DNA of 64,000 bases, from assembly GCA_965202805.1 (NCBI GenBank), contig OZ241869.1:1632001-1696000 (forward strand), read 5' to 3'. Each line of letters starts with the position of its first letter. Positions within the stretch are counted from its first letter, which is position 1. The notes under the pieces were generated by a model that did no database searches, was not told where the DNA came from, and saw only the letters and a program-made list of their open reading frames with translations. Source of the stretch: Longimicrobiales bacterium. Its GTDB lineage: Bacteria > Gemmatimonadota > Gemmatimonadetes > Longimicrobiales > Gaopeijiaceae. This document shows positions 31,873 through 40,764 of this stretch, in pieces. The translations under genes were made by a program, and so were the position numbers.

Positions 31873-33102
31873 TTAGCCCAGAAGCAGGTTCACGGCGTGT
31901 GCACACGCGACGCCCAAGTAGTTCCCGAGCGCGTATCCGAAGATGCCCACGATGACTGCGGGAGCCACCAGTTTGTGCCATTTCATCGCCATGCCGATGG
32001 CCAGAGCCGATCCGGGCCCGCCGATCGCGGCCTGGCTGGCGATCGAAACGGTGGCCAGATCGATGCGGAAGAGCCACCCGATCCCGTACGCGACGACGAC
32101 GTGGATGCCGATGATCGCGATCATGAAAGTGAAGATGGGCACGCCCGCGTCGACGATGGTCGCCAGGTCGGATGCCGCGCCCAGCGCTATGAAGAAGATG
32201 TGAAGGGCGAAATAGGAGAGGACTTCCGCCCCGCGCAGTTTTCTCACCCACGGCAGCTGCGCCACGATGAGCGCGATGGTCGTGAGCCAAAGGACGTCCG
32301 GCACCTCGCTCAGGAACCGGACCAGCTCGTACCAAAGTGACCCATCCGCCATGGAGGGGAGTACCTCGGCCAGCGCCTCGCTGATGAGCCGGGCCACCCA
32401 CAGTGCGGCGAGAGGCAAGCCTCCCAGGATAGCAAAGTCCGTTATGCTGATGTCTGTGTCGGTCCAGCGACGGCGCATCGCCTCTTCCTGCGCCTCCTGT
32501 TCCTCCTTTTCCTCGGGGTCCGTGGCCGGTAACTCCGCCAGCCCGGGCCCGCTGCGGCGAAGGAACATCGCCGCCAGGATTCCTGCCAGCCACACCTGAA
32601 ACAGCAGGTACGGGACCGTCGACATGTTGTCGGCCAGCGCCGCGGCGGCGAAGGTGCTCGGTTCGACTTCGAGCCCCTGCCCGACGGCGGCGAAGTTCAT
32701 CCCACCGCCCGCGAAGGCGGCGGAGAACGCTCCCGAGAGCTTCCACGTCTCCGGTCCGACCCATCCGGCCATGGTAGCGCCCGCGACCGCGCCGCCGACG
32801 AAGCTGCCCCCGCACGCCGCGAGGTACGCGATCAGGAGCGGTCTCCCCGCGTTGGCCAATTCCTTCATCTGCGTGCCCATGATGACGAGCACGATCGCGT
32901 AGGGTATGGCGAAGGTGAACACACCCTCGTGCGCCGGGCCGGTGTGCTCGATCACACCGACGTTGGCCAGCGTGATGCCGAGCAGGGTGCACACGACGGC
33001 GGAGCTGATCTTCTTGATGATGTCGTAGCGCTCTTCCAGCCAGCGTGCGAAGGCCACCACGGCCAGCATGAAGGCGACAACCAGAAGCGGATCTCGTAGC
33101 AT
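31873..33102 (-). CDS. DUF819 family multi-pass membrane protein (putative transporter)
   Basis: About 10-11 hydrophobic segments; motifs GGGMNFAAV, ASQAAIGGPGSA and GYALGNYLG. Confidence 0.82.
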   Translation of the reverse strand: MLRDPLLVVAFMLAVVAFARWLEERYDIIKKISSAVVCTLLGITLANVGVIEHTGPAHEGVFTFAIPYAIVLVIMGTQMKELANAGRPLLIAYLAACGGSFVGGAVAGATMAGWVGPETWKLSGAFSAAFAGGGMNFAAVGQGLEVEPSTFAAAALADNMSTVPYLLFQVWLAGILAAMFLRRSGPGLAELPATDPEEKEEQEAQEEAMRRRWTDTDISITDFAILGGLPLAALWVARLISEALAEVLPSMADGSLWYELVRFLSEVPDVLWLTTIALIVAQLPWVRKLRGAEVLSYFALHIFFIALGAASDLATIVDAGVPIFTFMIAIIGIHVVVAYGIGWLFRIDLATVSIASQAAIGGPGSALAIGMAMKWHKLVAPAVIVGIFGYALGNYLGVACAHAVNLLLG

Positions 33103-33223
33103 GGCGCTCAGGGCTCAGGACACGGGGGCAGGAAACTGCGAAAGTGGCGCGGGTGGTCCCGGAAGACCATGGGTGCGCCCATCGGCGAACGCGATCCGGA
33201 CGGGCGGCTCCGGACGCCCGGCT

Positions 33224-34234
33224 TCATCCGGGCCGGACAAGGCCCTTCACCTCACCACCCTGCCGCGCCGCGACCAGGTTCCCGACCACGTCGTCGATCA
33301 TGCCGCGCTGCCCGCCACCGGTCCCGCCGCCCACATGGGGGGACAGGAGGACGTTGGGCGCATCGGCCAGCGGGCTGCCTTCGGGCAGCGGTTCGTGGAG
33401 GAAGGCGTCCAGCCCCGCCCCGGCGATGCGGCCGTCCCGGAGGGCGTCGACGAGCGCATCTTCATCGACCAGCCCGCCGCGCGCGGTGTTCACCAGGATG
33501 GCCGTGGACTTCATGAGCGCGAGAGCCTCGGCGTCGATCATGCGCTCGGTCTGGTCGGTATGGGGCGCGTGCAGGCTGACCACATCGCTCGCGGCGAGGA
33601 GTTCCCGGAGCGGCACGGAGCGCGCCCCGACCATCGCCTCGTGCTCGCGCGGCAGGGGCGTGCGCTTGTGGTAGACGATCTCCATATCGAATGCGCGCGC
33701 GCGGCGCGCGACCTCGAGCGCGATGTCGCCCAGCCCGACCAGTCCCAGCGTCTTGCCGTGGAGCTGCCAGACATCGGGGTAGCGCAGCCAGTTGAAGGCG
33801 ATCCTGCGCTCGGTGGTGCGCACGGGCTCGACACCGAGATCCGTGTACTCCGCGTCCCGGGTGCCCACGTGTCCCGGCACCAGCTTGCGGTAGAGGCCAA
33901 GCATCAGCGCGACGGTTTGCTCCGCGACGGCGATCGCGCCCCGGTGTGGTAGCACCGACACCGGTACTCCGGCCTCAGCCGCTGCGTCCCGATCCACCGC
34001 CCACGGCGCCCGCCCCTGCACCTGGATCAGACGCCGTCCGGCGGCCGCGCCGATCAGAGCCCCGCCGATCGGCCGCTTGGCGGTTACCAGCGCGTCAACG
34101 TCGATGGCGGCAGAGCAGAGTGCCGATTCATCCATCCGACCGCCCCAGACCATCTCGACTCCGGCTGCATCCGCAGTCTGCTGGAAGAGGCCCTGGATCC
34201 AGTCGGGGAGGGGTTCGATGTGGAGCGCTCGCAC
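33224..34234 (-). CDS. D-isomer-specific 2-hydroxyacid dehydrogenase
   Basis: Motifs AVAE, GLVGLGDIA, LHAP, NTARGGLVDE, GLDAF, EPL and SPHVGG. Confidence 0.9.
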   Translation of the reverse strand: MRALHIEPLPDWIQGLFQQTADAAGVEMVWGGRMDESALCSAAIDVDALVTAKRPIGGALIGAAAGRRLIQVQGRAPWAVDRDAAAEAGVPVSVLPHRGAIAVAEQTVALMLGLYRKLVPGHVGTRDAEYTDLGVEPVRTTERRIAFNWLRYPDVWQLHGKTLGLVGLGDIALEVARRARAFDMEIVYHKRTPLPREHEAMVGARSVPLRELLAASDVVSLHAPHTDQTERMIDAEALALMKSTAILVNTARGGLVDEDALVDALRDGRIAGAGLDAFLHEPLPEGSPLADAPNVLLSPHVGGGTGGGQRGMIDDVVGNLVAARQGGEVKGLVRPG

Positions 34235-34477
34235 GGTGTTGGGATTCCGGTTGAGGTTTGAGTCGAGAATGCGGATCGGAGGCCCGCCGGAGATGCCGCG
34301 GCCGGAGCGCGAGCAACATAGAGAGCGGGGGCACTACACGCGAGTATCGCGGGCGACCTCCCGGGGAGACACGCCGGTGCTTCTCCCGCGTCCGGGATAC
34401 CGGCTAACGCATCGGCGTCGCGCGGAGCAGCCTCCCGCTGGGCACGAAGACTGGCGCCCTTCCGCGTCGCCGCGGAA

Positions 34478-34888
34478 TCAGGGGCAGCGGGCCTCCGGGA
34501 CGACGAGTTCCAGTTCCGTGTGGCGGGCGATCATCTCGAAGTCGCGATTGCGGGCGAGAAGGGGGCGGCCTTCGTCGATGGCGGCTGCGGCCACCATGCA
34601 GTCCACGATCGAGCGGATCGTGCAGCCGGCGCGGCGGCAGGTACGCTGGATGAGCGCCGCATGCTGGAACTCTCCCAGCGAATCAGGGACGAGGATCTCG
34701 AAACGCGAGAGCAACCGGTGCAGTTTCCGAGCGTCGGATTCCGTACGTGAGCCCGCCAGCAACTCCATCACCACGGGGGCTGGTGCGGCGATGGGTCTGC
34801 CCGACCTCACCGCGTCATCCAGGAACAGGTCGAACGGGCTCTCCGTTCTGCGCAGGTATTCGACCCAGGCCGAGGTATCGACGATCAC
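34478..34888 (-). CDS. vapC: VapC-type PIN domain toxin
   Basis: MIVDTSAWVEYLR, MELLAG, IVDCMVAA and NRDF supply the acidic PIN residues. Confidence 0.9.
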   Translation of the reverse strand: MIVDTSAWVEYLRRTESPFDLFLDDAVRSGRPIAAPAPVVMELLAGSRTESDARKLHRLLSRFEILVPDSLGEFQHAALIQRTCRRAGCTIRSIVDCMVAAAAIDEGRPLLARNRDFEMIARHTELELVVPEARCP

Positions 34889-35298
34889 CAGACGTCACCG
34901 GGACTCCCGTCCCGCATCTCGTCCAGATCCCCATCCCAGCCGACTCCTCGCATCGCGAGCGCCTCCTCCTTCGTCATGGGCACGATCGCCTGGCGCCAGA
35001 CGGCTTCCTTGACAGCCCTCGGCCAGTTGCGGAGCCCGTAGCGCTCTCGAATGGCTTCCAGATCGGCTTCCGGAAGCCTGACTTCGAGGGTGACGAAGGG
35101 GTAGTGGGCAGATTCGGAGGCCCGGTACTCCGGCCTGGCCACGCGCACCGAGGCGGCTCCTCCGCGCAGCTCCCGCTCACGCGCAGCGCGCAGCGTCCTT
35201 CGGACCCACGCCGACACCGTGACGCGATTGCGCCTCGCCGCGTCCCGGATCTCCTCGAGCTCCGCCTCCGACAGCACTACCTGAAGTCGCTTACTCAT
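34885..35298 (-). CDS. vapB: Antitoxin with N-terminal CopG/RHH domain fused to a VapB-like domain
   Basis: RHH-like MSKRLQVVLSEAELEEIRDAARRNRVTVSAWVR, then RERYGL...AVKEAV...MRGVGWDGDLDEMR. Overlaps vapC by 4 nt. Confidence 0.8.
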   Translation of the reverse strand: MSKRLQVVLSEAELEEIRDAARRNRVTVSAWVRRTLRAARERELRGGAASVRVARPEYRASESAHYPFVTLEVRLPEADLEAIRERYGLRNWPRAVKEAVWRQAIVPMTKEEALAMRGVGWDGDLDEMRDGSPGDVW

Positions 35299-35326
35299 AT
35301 CATGAGTATGATATACTTATCATGAG
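35292..35326. promoter_or_regulatory. Putative autoregulatory TA operator/promoter overlapping the antitoxin start
   Basis: Palindrome TACTCAT-ATC-ATGAGTA at 35292-35308; TATCATGAG repeated at 35298 and 35318; AT-rich; no SD. Confidence 0.7.
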
Positions 35327-35585
35327 CGGGATTCAAGCCGCGGATCCGGGCATCGTCCAGACCAGTTCCGGGCCGACTCAGCTCGAGGCAACGGGATGGC
35401 GGGCTGATCCGCCGCTCCGGTGGTGCTGGCAAGGTCGCGCCGGCCTCAGTAAGCTTGCCACGAGTCCCGGTCGGCCGGGATCCACCGGCAGAAGTTCGCA
35501 TCGTCGCGCCCGGCTGCGTCGAGGACCGCAAGCCAGGCTCGCGGGCTCCGAAACCACCCTCCTCCATCAAGCGGACGACGCCTGA

Positions 35586-37346
35586 ATGAGACCAGACGAA
35601 GGTCTCCGCTGCGAAGCCACCGACCCGGTGGAGCGGCCTCTCGCCGTCGGTCTCGGCCTGCAACTCGCCGTTCTGAGCCTCAATTCGGCGGTGCTGTTTC
35701 CCACCATCGTCTTCCGGGCTGCAGGCGCGGAGGCGTTCCTGCTGTGGGCGGTCTTCGCCGGCATGATGGCCTGCGGCATCGTCACGGCTGTGCAGGCGAT
35801 CAGGGTGGGGCGGTTCGGCGCCGGGTATCAGAGCCTCCACGGAGTCTCGTCGCCCTTCATCGCGGTCTGCGTCGCGGCGCTCGTGCAGGGGGGACCGCCG
35901 ATGCTCGCGGCCCTGGTCCTGGTGTCGGGGCTGGCGCAGGCGGCGTTTTCCGAGCGGCTGGCCCTGTTGCACCGCATCCTCACCCCCGTGGTCACGGGCA
36001 CGGTAATCATGCTCCTGCCGGTCACCGTCATGCCCATTCTCCTCCGCATGCTGAACGAGTTGCCGGCCGGGGCGCCGGCCGGAGCTGCTCCCCTGTCCGC
36101 GCTGGCGACGCTGGCCACAACCGTGGGGCTCCACCTGAAGGGAACGGGCAGACTTCGGCTCTGGGCGCCCCTGGCCGGGGTCGCGGCCGGATCGCTCGTG
36201 GGCGGGTTCTTCGGGATTTACGAAGTCGGGCTGGTGGCCGATGCGGCCTGGCTCGGGTTGCCCGCGGGTCGTCCCCCGGGGCTGGACCTGGATTTCGGCC
36301 CCGCGTTCTGGGCGCTCCTGCCGGCCTTCCTGTTCATCGCGCTCGTCGGGGCCACCAAGTCGGTCGGCGTGGCCGTGGCCACCCAGCGCGTATCGTGGCG
36401 CCGCCCGCGCGCCGTGGACTTCCGCGCCGTGCAGGGCGCGGTGGCGGCCGAGGGGGTCGGGAACGTTCTGGCCGGCCTGGCGGGCGCGATTCCGAACACC
36501 CTGCATCCCACGCCGGTCGCTGCGATCGAGACGACGGGAGTAGCCACCCGCAGCGTGGGCATCGCGGCCGGGCTCGCACTGATCCTGCTGGCCTGCGTGC
36601 CCAAGCTGGTCGCGGTGATTCTCGCCGTGCCGGATGCGGTGGTCGCCGCCTCGATCGCTGTCGTCATGTCCATCTTCTTCGTGGTAGGCATGCGCGAGGT
36701 GGTATCCGGAACCGGAGCCAATCCGCGAAACGGTCTCATCGCGGGCCTCTCGGTCTGGACGGGCATCGCCGTCGAGTTCGACCTGGTATTCCCGGACTTC
36801 TTCGCGGACTTCGCCGGCGGCCTCCTGGGCAACGGCATGACCGCGGGCGGCCTGACCGTCATCCTGCTGACGGCTCTGACGATGCCGCGTCTTGCACGGT
36901 TCAGCGGGCGCCTGGACGTGACCGAACTGCCCGCGATCAGAGATCTCATTCGCAGGTTCGCGCGCCGCCATGGACTGGAGGCGTCGGTGGAGCGCATGGA
37001 GGCTGCCAGCGAAGAGACCTTGCTGATGTTGCTCGAAGCACGCGGGGGAACGCCGGAAGGGGACGACCGCGAGGATGGAGGGCGCGCCCTCCTGGTCACC
37101 GCGTCCAGGGAAGCCGAGTACGCCGTGCTGCAGTTCAAGGCCGCCGCCCCGGGGCAGGAGGACCTGAACCTGCAGGATCGGCTCGCGCTGCTGGGGGAAG
37201 AGGCCCGGAGCGGACCCGAGGAGCAGGAGATCTCGCTGCGGCTGCTCCGGCACCTGGCATCGTCCGTTCGGCACCAGCAGTTTCGCAATGTGGATATCGT
37301 CACCCTGAAGGTTGCGGCCGGGCGGCGGTCCGGCGGGAAGCGCTGA
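35586..37346 (+). CDS. NCS2 (xanthine/uracil permease) family protein with soluble C-terminal extension
   Basis: Motifs GLGLQ, TPVVTGTVI, AEGVGNVLAGLAG, TGVATRSVG and PKL; about 140-aa hydrophilic C-terminus. Confidence 0.82.
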   Translation: MRPDEGLRCEATDPVERPLAVGLGLQLAVLSLNSAVLFPTIVFRAAGAEAFLLWAVFAGMMACGIVTAVQAIRVGRFGAGYQSLHGVSSPFIAVCVAALVQGGPPMLAALVLVSGLAQAAFSERLALLHRILTPVVTGTVIMLLPVTVMPILLRMLNELPAGAPAGAAPLSALATLATTVGLHLKGTGRLRLWAPLAGVAAGSLVGGFFGIYEVGLVADAAWLGLPAGRPPGLDLDFGPAFWALLPAFLFIALVGATKSVGVAVATQRVSWRRPRAVDFRAVQGAVAAEGVGNVLAGLAGAIPNTLHPTPVAAIETTGVATRSVGIAAGLALILLACVPKLVAVILAVPDAVVAASIAVVMSIFFVVGMREVVSGTGANPRNGLIAGLSVWTGIAVEFDLVFPDFFADFAGGLLGNGMTAGGLTVILLTALTMPRLARFSGRLDVTELPAIRDLIRRFARRHGLEASVERMEAASEETLLMLLEARGGTPEGDDREDGGRALLVTASREAEYAVLQFKAAAPGQEDLNLQDRLALLGEEARSGPEEQEISLRLLRHLASSVRHQQFRNVDIVTLKVAAGRRSGGKR

Positions 37347-37347
37347 G

Positions 37348-38364
37348 GTGTTGACCTCAAGGCTCGTTCGCAGCGTCGCGCTGACGCCGTTCGCATTGCT
37401 CGCGGTCTCAGCCTGTTCACCTCCCGCGGATCGCGGGCCTGGAGACAGGTCGCTCGTCCTGGCGCACTTCATGTCGCCCCTGAGCAGCGTGCGCACCGAT
37501 GTCGTGGTCCCGTTTGCGGAGCGGCTGGCCGAGGTGTCCGGAGGCAGGCTCACGGTGACCGAATACATGGGGGGAGCTCTCGGCTCCTCGCCCCGCGGCT
37601 ACTACTCCCTGCTGCTCGACGGGGTGGCGGACATCGTCGCCACCCTCCCCGGATATACTTCCTCGGTATTCCCCATGACGACGCTCAGCATCTATCCGGG
37701 CGTCTGCGACAGTGCGATCGACTGCACCGCCGCGCTGCAGCGCGCGCGCCCGGTGCTGGAGGGCGAATACCGGGCCAGGGTGCTGGCGATCTGGTCCGCC
37801 ACACCCCCCGTGCTCATCACCCGCGACAGGCCGGTGCGCACGCTGGAAGACATGCGGGGGCTCAAGCTGCGGGTGTCGTCGCGGCTCGAGATGCCCTTTG
37901 TCGAAGCGCTGGGGGCGAGCCCCGTCATGCAGCCGGTCTCGGAGGTCCAGCAGAATCTGCACACCGGCGTGATCGATGGCGTCGTGATCACCGCGGGTGG
38001 CATTCCCGCGTATCAATTGCAGGAGGCGGCCGCCTACCTCACGACATGGCTGCCGCTGTCCGCCACTCCATTCGTCCTGCTGATGAATCGCGACACCTGG
38101 GAGGCCCTTCCCGCGCGGGAGCGGGGCTGGGTGGACCAGGCCGCGGACGCATCGCTGTCGCTGGCTGGGGCGAGGGGCTACGAGGCCACCAGCGCGCGGG
38201 GACTCCGGATGGCCCGCGAAGCGGGAGTCGAACTCATCGATCTTTCGGACCGGGAGAAGGCGCGATTCGAGGACGCTGTCGACGGCGTGTACCGGGCGCA
38301 ACTCTCCCGGCGGCTGGGCGACATGACCGTGGCCGAGGTCATCGAACTGTTTCGCAGGCAGTGA
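37348..38364 (+). CDS. dctP: TRAP transporter substrate-binding protein (lipoprotein)
   Basis: Lipobox VSAC; motifs SGGRLTV..GGALG, DGVADI, LEDMRGLKLRV, ALGASP and TGVIDG. Confidence 0.88.
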   Translation: MLTSRLVRSVALTPFALLAVSACSPPADRGPGDRSLVLAHFMSPLSSVRTDVVVPFAERLAEVSGGRLTVTEYMGGALGSSPRGYYSLLLDGVADIVATLPGYTSSVFPMTTLSIYPGVCDSAIDCTAALQRARPVLEGEYRARVLAIWSATPPVLITRDRPVRTLEDMRGLKLRVSSRLEMPFVEALGASPVMQPVSEVQQNLHTGVIDGVVITAGGIPAYQLQEAAAYLTTWLPLSATPFVLLMNRDTWEALPARERGWVDQAADASLSLAGARGYEATSARGLRMAREAGVELIDLSDREKARFEDAVDGVYRAQLSRRLGDMTVAEVIELFRRQ

Positions 38365-39026
38365 CGGATTACGGCCACAACCCGGACCGGGATCGCAAGG
38401 GGATCCGTGACGCGCACCGGGATCGCTCCGGGGTCCGTGACGGGGCCCGACGGGCGCTGACGGCCGCCTTCGCGATCGCCGGCGGGGCGGCGCTGCTCCT
38501 GCTGCTGGGCGTCACCGTGGCCGAGGTCATCGCGCGCCACCTGTTGGGGTTTTCCCTGCTGGGCGCCGAGGATCTGGCCACGATGTGCCTGACGGTCTTC
38601 GTGGCGGGCGCGGTGGTCTGCGCGGCACGGGAGGGCGGACACGTGTCCGTCGACCTCATCGGACGCTTCGGCGGCGGCGGGCTCAGGCGGACAACCGACG
38701 TGCTCTCGCGGCTACTGGGGACCGGGGCCACGGCGGTTGCGTCGCTGGCACTCTTCGCCAAGGGCGGTTGCGGCGTCGAGTGCGGCGAGGTCACGGGAAG
38801 CCTCGCCATCGTGCACACCCCGTTCTACTACGCGCTGGGGGTGTCCATGGCGACCTTGTCGCTGCTGCTGGCGTCCGGGCTGATCCGGGGGCCTGCCGCG
38901 CGCGGCGAGGGAGGCCTGCGCGCCGAGGGCAACCCGCGCGCCGAGGGTGGCCAGCAGGGCGAGGGCGGCCCGCAGGGCAAGGGCAACCCGCGCGCCGAGG
39001 GCGACCCGCAGGTCGAGGGCACATGA
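38361..39026 (+). CDS. dctQ: TRAP transporter small permease with repeat-rich termini
   Basis: Four TM segments; motifs VIARH, GAEDL and GGHVSVDL; lies between dctP and dctM with overlaps. Confidence 0.82.
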   Translation: MTDYGHNPDRDRKGIRDAHRDRSGVRDGARRALTAAFAIAGGAALLLLLGVTVAEVIARHLLGFSLLGAEDLATMCLTVFVAGAVVCAAREGGHVSVDLIGRFGGGGLRRTTDVLSRLLGTGATAVASLALFAKGGCGVECGEVTGSLAIVHTPFYYALGVSMATLSLLLASGLIRGPAARGEGGLRAEGNPRAEGGQQGEGGPQGKGNPRAEGDPQVEGT

Positions 39027-40330
39027 TGGACGGACCTACCGCCGCCCTCATCGGGCTCGCCATCCTCTTCGTCCTTCTCCTGATCCGGGTGCCGGTCGGG
39101 CTGTCCATGCTGATCGCTGGCTCGGCCGGCATCGCCCTCATTCGCCCCCAGGCCGTGCTGCCCGTCATCGCGGGAGAGACGTTCGCGGTGTCATCGCGGC
39201 ACGCGCTCATCATCATCCCGCTCTTCATGCTGATGGGGAACCTGGCCGTGGTCTCGGGAATGAGCCGCGAACTGTACCTCGCGGCCAACCTCTGGCTGCA
39301 CCGCTTCAGGGGTGGCCTGGCCGCGGCTTCCATCGTCGCCAGCGCCGGGTTCTCGGCGCTCTCCGGATCGTCGCTGGCCGCCGCGCTGACCATGGGACGC
39401 GTCGCGGTGCCGGAAATGCGCCGGTTCAACTACGACAGGTCGCTCGCGACAGGGGCCGTCGCCGCCGGTGGAACCCTCGGCATCCTGATTCCCCCGTCGG
39501 CGGGGCTGGTGCTGTACGGCATCCTCACGGAGCAGAGCATCAGCCGCCTTTTCATGGCAGGATTGATTCCGGGGATCCTGCTCACGCTCTTCTTCGTCCT
39601 GACCGTCTTCGTGGTGGTGAAGCTGCAACCGCACAAGGTGCCGCGAGACAGGCCGGAGAACCCGCTCGCCGCGCGGGGGCGGGTGCCCGCGGGCGCCTGG
39701 TGGATCCTGGGGCTGGTGGCGGTCACGCTCGGCGGAATCTACGCCGGCATCTTCTCGGCCATGGAGGCGGCGGGCGTCGGCGCGTTCCTGATCCTGCTGG
39801 TGGCGCTGGCGCGTCGCTCTCTCACCCGCGATGCCATCCGCGAGGCCGTCCTTTCCACGCTGAAGGCGTGCGGCACCGTGTTCCTGATCCTGATCGGAGC
39901 CTACGTCTTCAAGGTGTTCCTCGGCTTCACTGAACTGCCGTTCGCCGCCGCCCGCTGGGTGGGTGACCAGGGATGGTCGGGGGGACAGGTGGTCGCACTG
40001 CTGCTGGCGATGTTCATCGTGCTGGGCACCTTCCTGGACGGGTTCGCAATGCTGGTCCTGACCATTCCGCTGGTGCAACCCATCCTGGCTTCACTCGGCG
40101 TCGACATGATCTGGTTCGGCGTCATGATCGTCGTCACCCTCGAGATGGGCCTGATCTCGCCGCCCGTCGGCCTGAACACTTTCGTGGTAAAGAGCGTGGC
40201 CCCGGACGTTTCAATGGGGGATATCTATCGCGGAATCATCCCCTTCTGGCTCGCGATGCTGGCGCTGCTGGCGCTGCTCGGGTTCCTGCCCGGAATCGCC
40301 ACCTTCCTGCCGGGGGCGATGTACGGGTAG
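39023..40330 (+). CDS. dctM: TRAP transporter large permease
   Basis: Motifs IPLFMLMG, SGSSLA, GGTLGILIPPS and EMGLISPPVGLN. Confidence 0.93.
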   Translation: MMDGPTAALIGLAILFVLLLIRVPVGLSMLIAGSAGIALIRPQAVLPVIAGETFAVSSRHALIIIPLFMLMGNLAVVSGMSRELYLAANLWLHRFRGGLAAASIVASAGFSALSGSSLAAALTMGRVAVPEMRRFNYDRSLATGAVAAGGTLGILIPPSAGLVLYGILTEQSISRLFMAGLIPGILLTLFFVLTVFVVVKLQPHKVPRDRPENPLAARGRVPAGAWWILGLVAVTLGGIYAGIFSAMEAAGVGAFLILLVALARRSLTRDAIREAVLSTLKACGTVFLILIGAYVFKVFLGFTELPFAAARWVGDQGWSGGQVVALLLAMFIVLGTFLDGFAMLVLTIPLVQPILASLGVDMIWFGVMIVVTLEMGLISPPVGLNTFVVKSVAPDVSMGDIYRGIIPFWLAMLALLALLGFLPGIATFLPGAMYG

Positions 40331-40479
40331 TTGATGTCGCTGGCTGGCGCCGGGCCCTGGACCGCGAACGGGACGCGCGTCGCGATGCAGGCCGGCATCC
40401 CCGCTCCTTGTCTTGCGCGGTCAGGTAATGGCAAGATGTGGCGGTGCAGCCAATTGCCCCTCAGCGGATTGTCCAGATC

Positions 40480-40761
40480 ATGACCATGGATCGCAGAAAG
40501 TTCACCGCAGTCGCTGGCGCGAGCGCGATGGCGCTGGCGTGGGCGCAGGCATGTACCGAGGTCGCCGAGAGCGGGGAGGTATCGACCGCCACGGCCAACG
40601 CGCTTCTCGACCATCAGGGATCGCGGGGCATCTACGAGGACGCCGCGGAGCTGGAGCGGCTGAAGCGGGCCATCGCGAACACGATCAACGTGCAGCGGAC
40701 ACTGCGCGACTTCCCGCTCGACCCCGACGAGCCCCCCCTTATCGTCTTCTGGAGGGGCTGA
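40480..40761 (+). CDS. Small Tat-signal protein, GatC/AtzG-like amidase partner
   Basis: MDRRKF twin-arginine motif and hydrophobic h-region; C-terminal LRDFPLDPDEPPLIVF; stop 3 nt before the amidase ATG. Confidence 0.65.
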   Translation: MTMDRRKFTAVAGASAMALAWAQACTEVAESGEVSTATANALLDHQGSRGIYEDAAELERLKRAIANTINVQRTLRDFPLDPDEPPLIVFWRG

Positions 40762-40764
40762 GCC

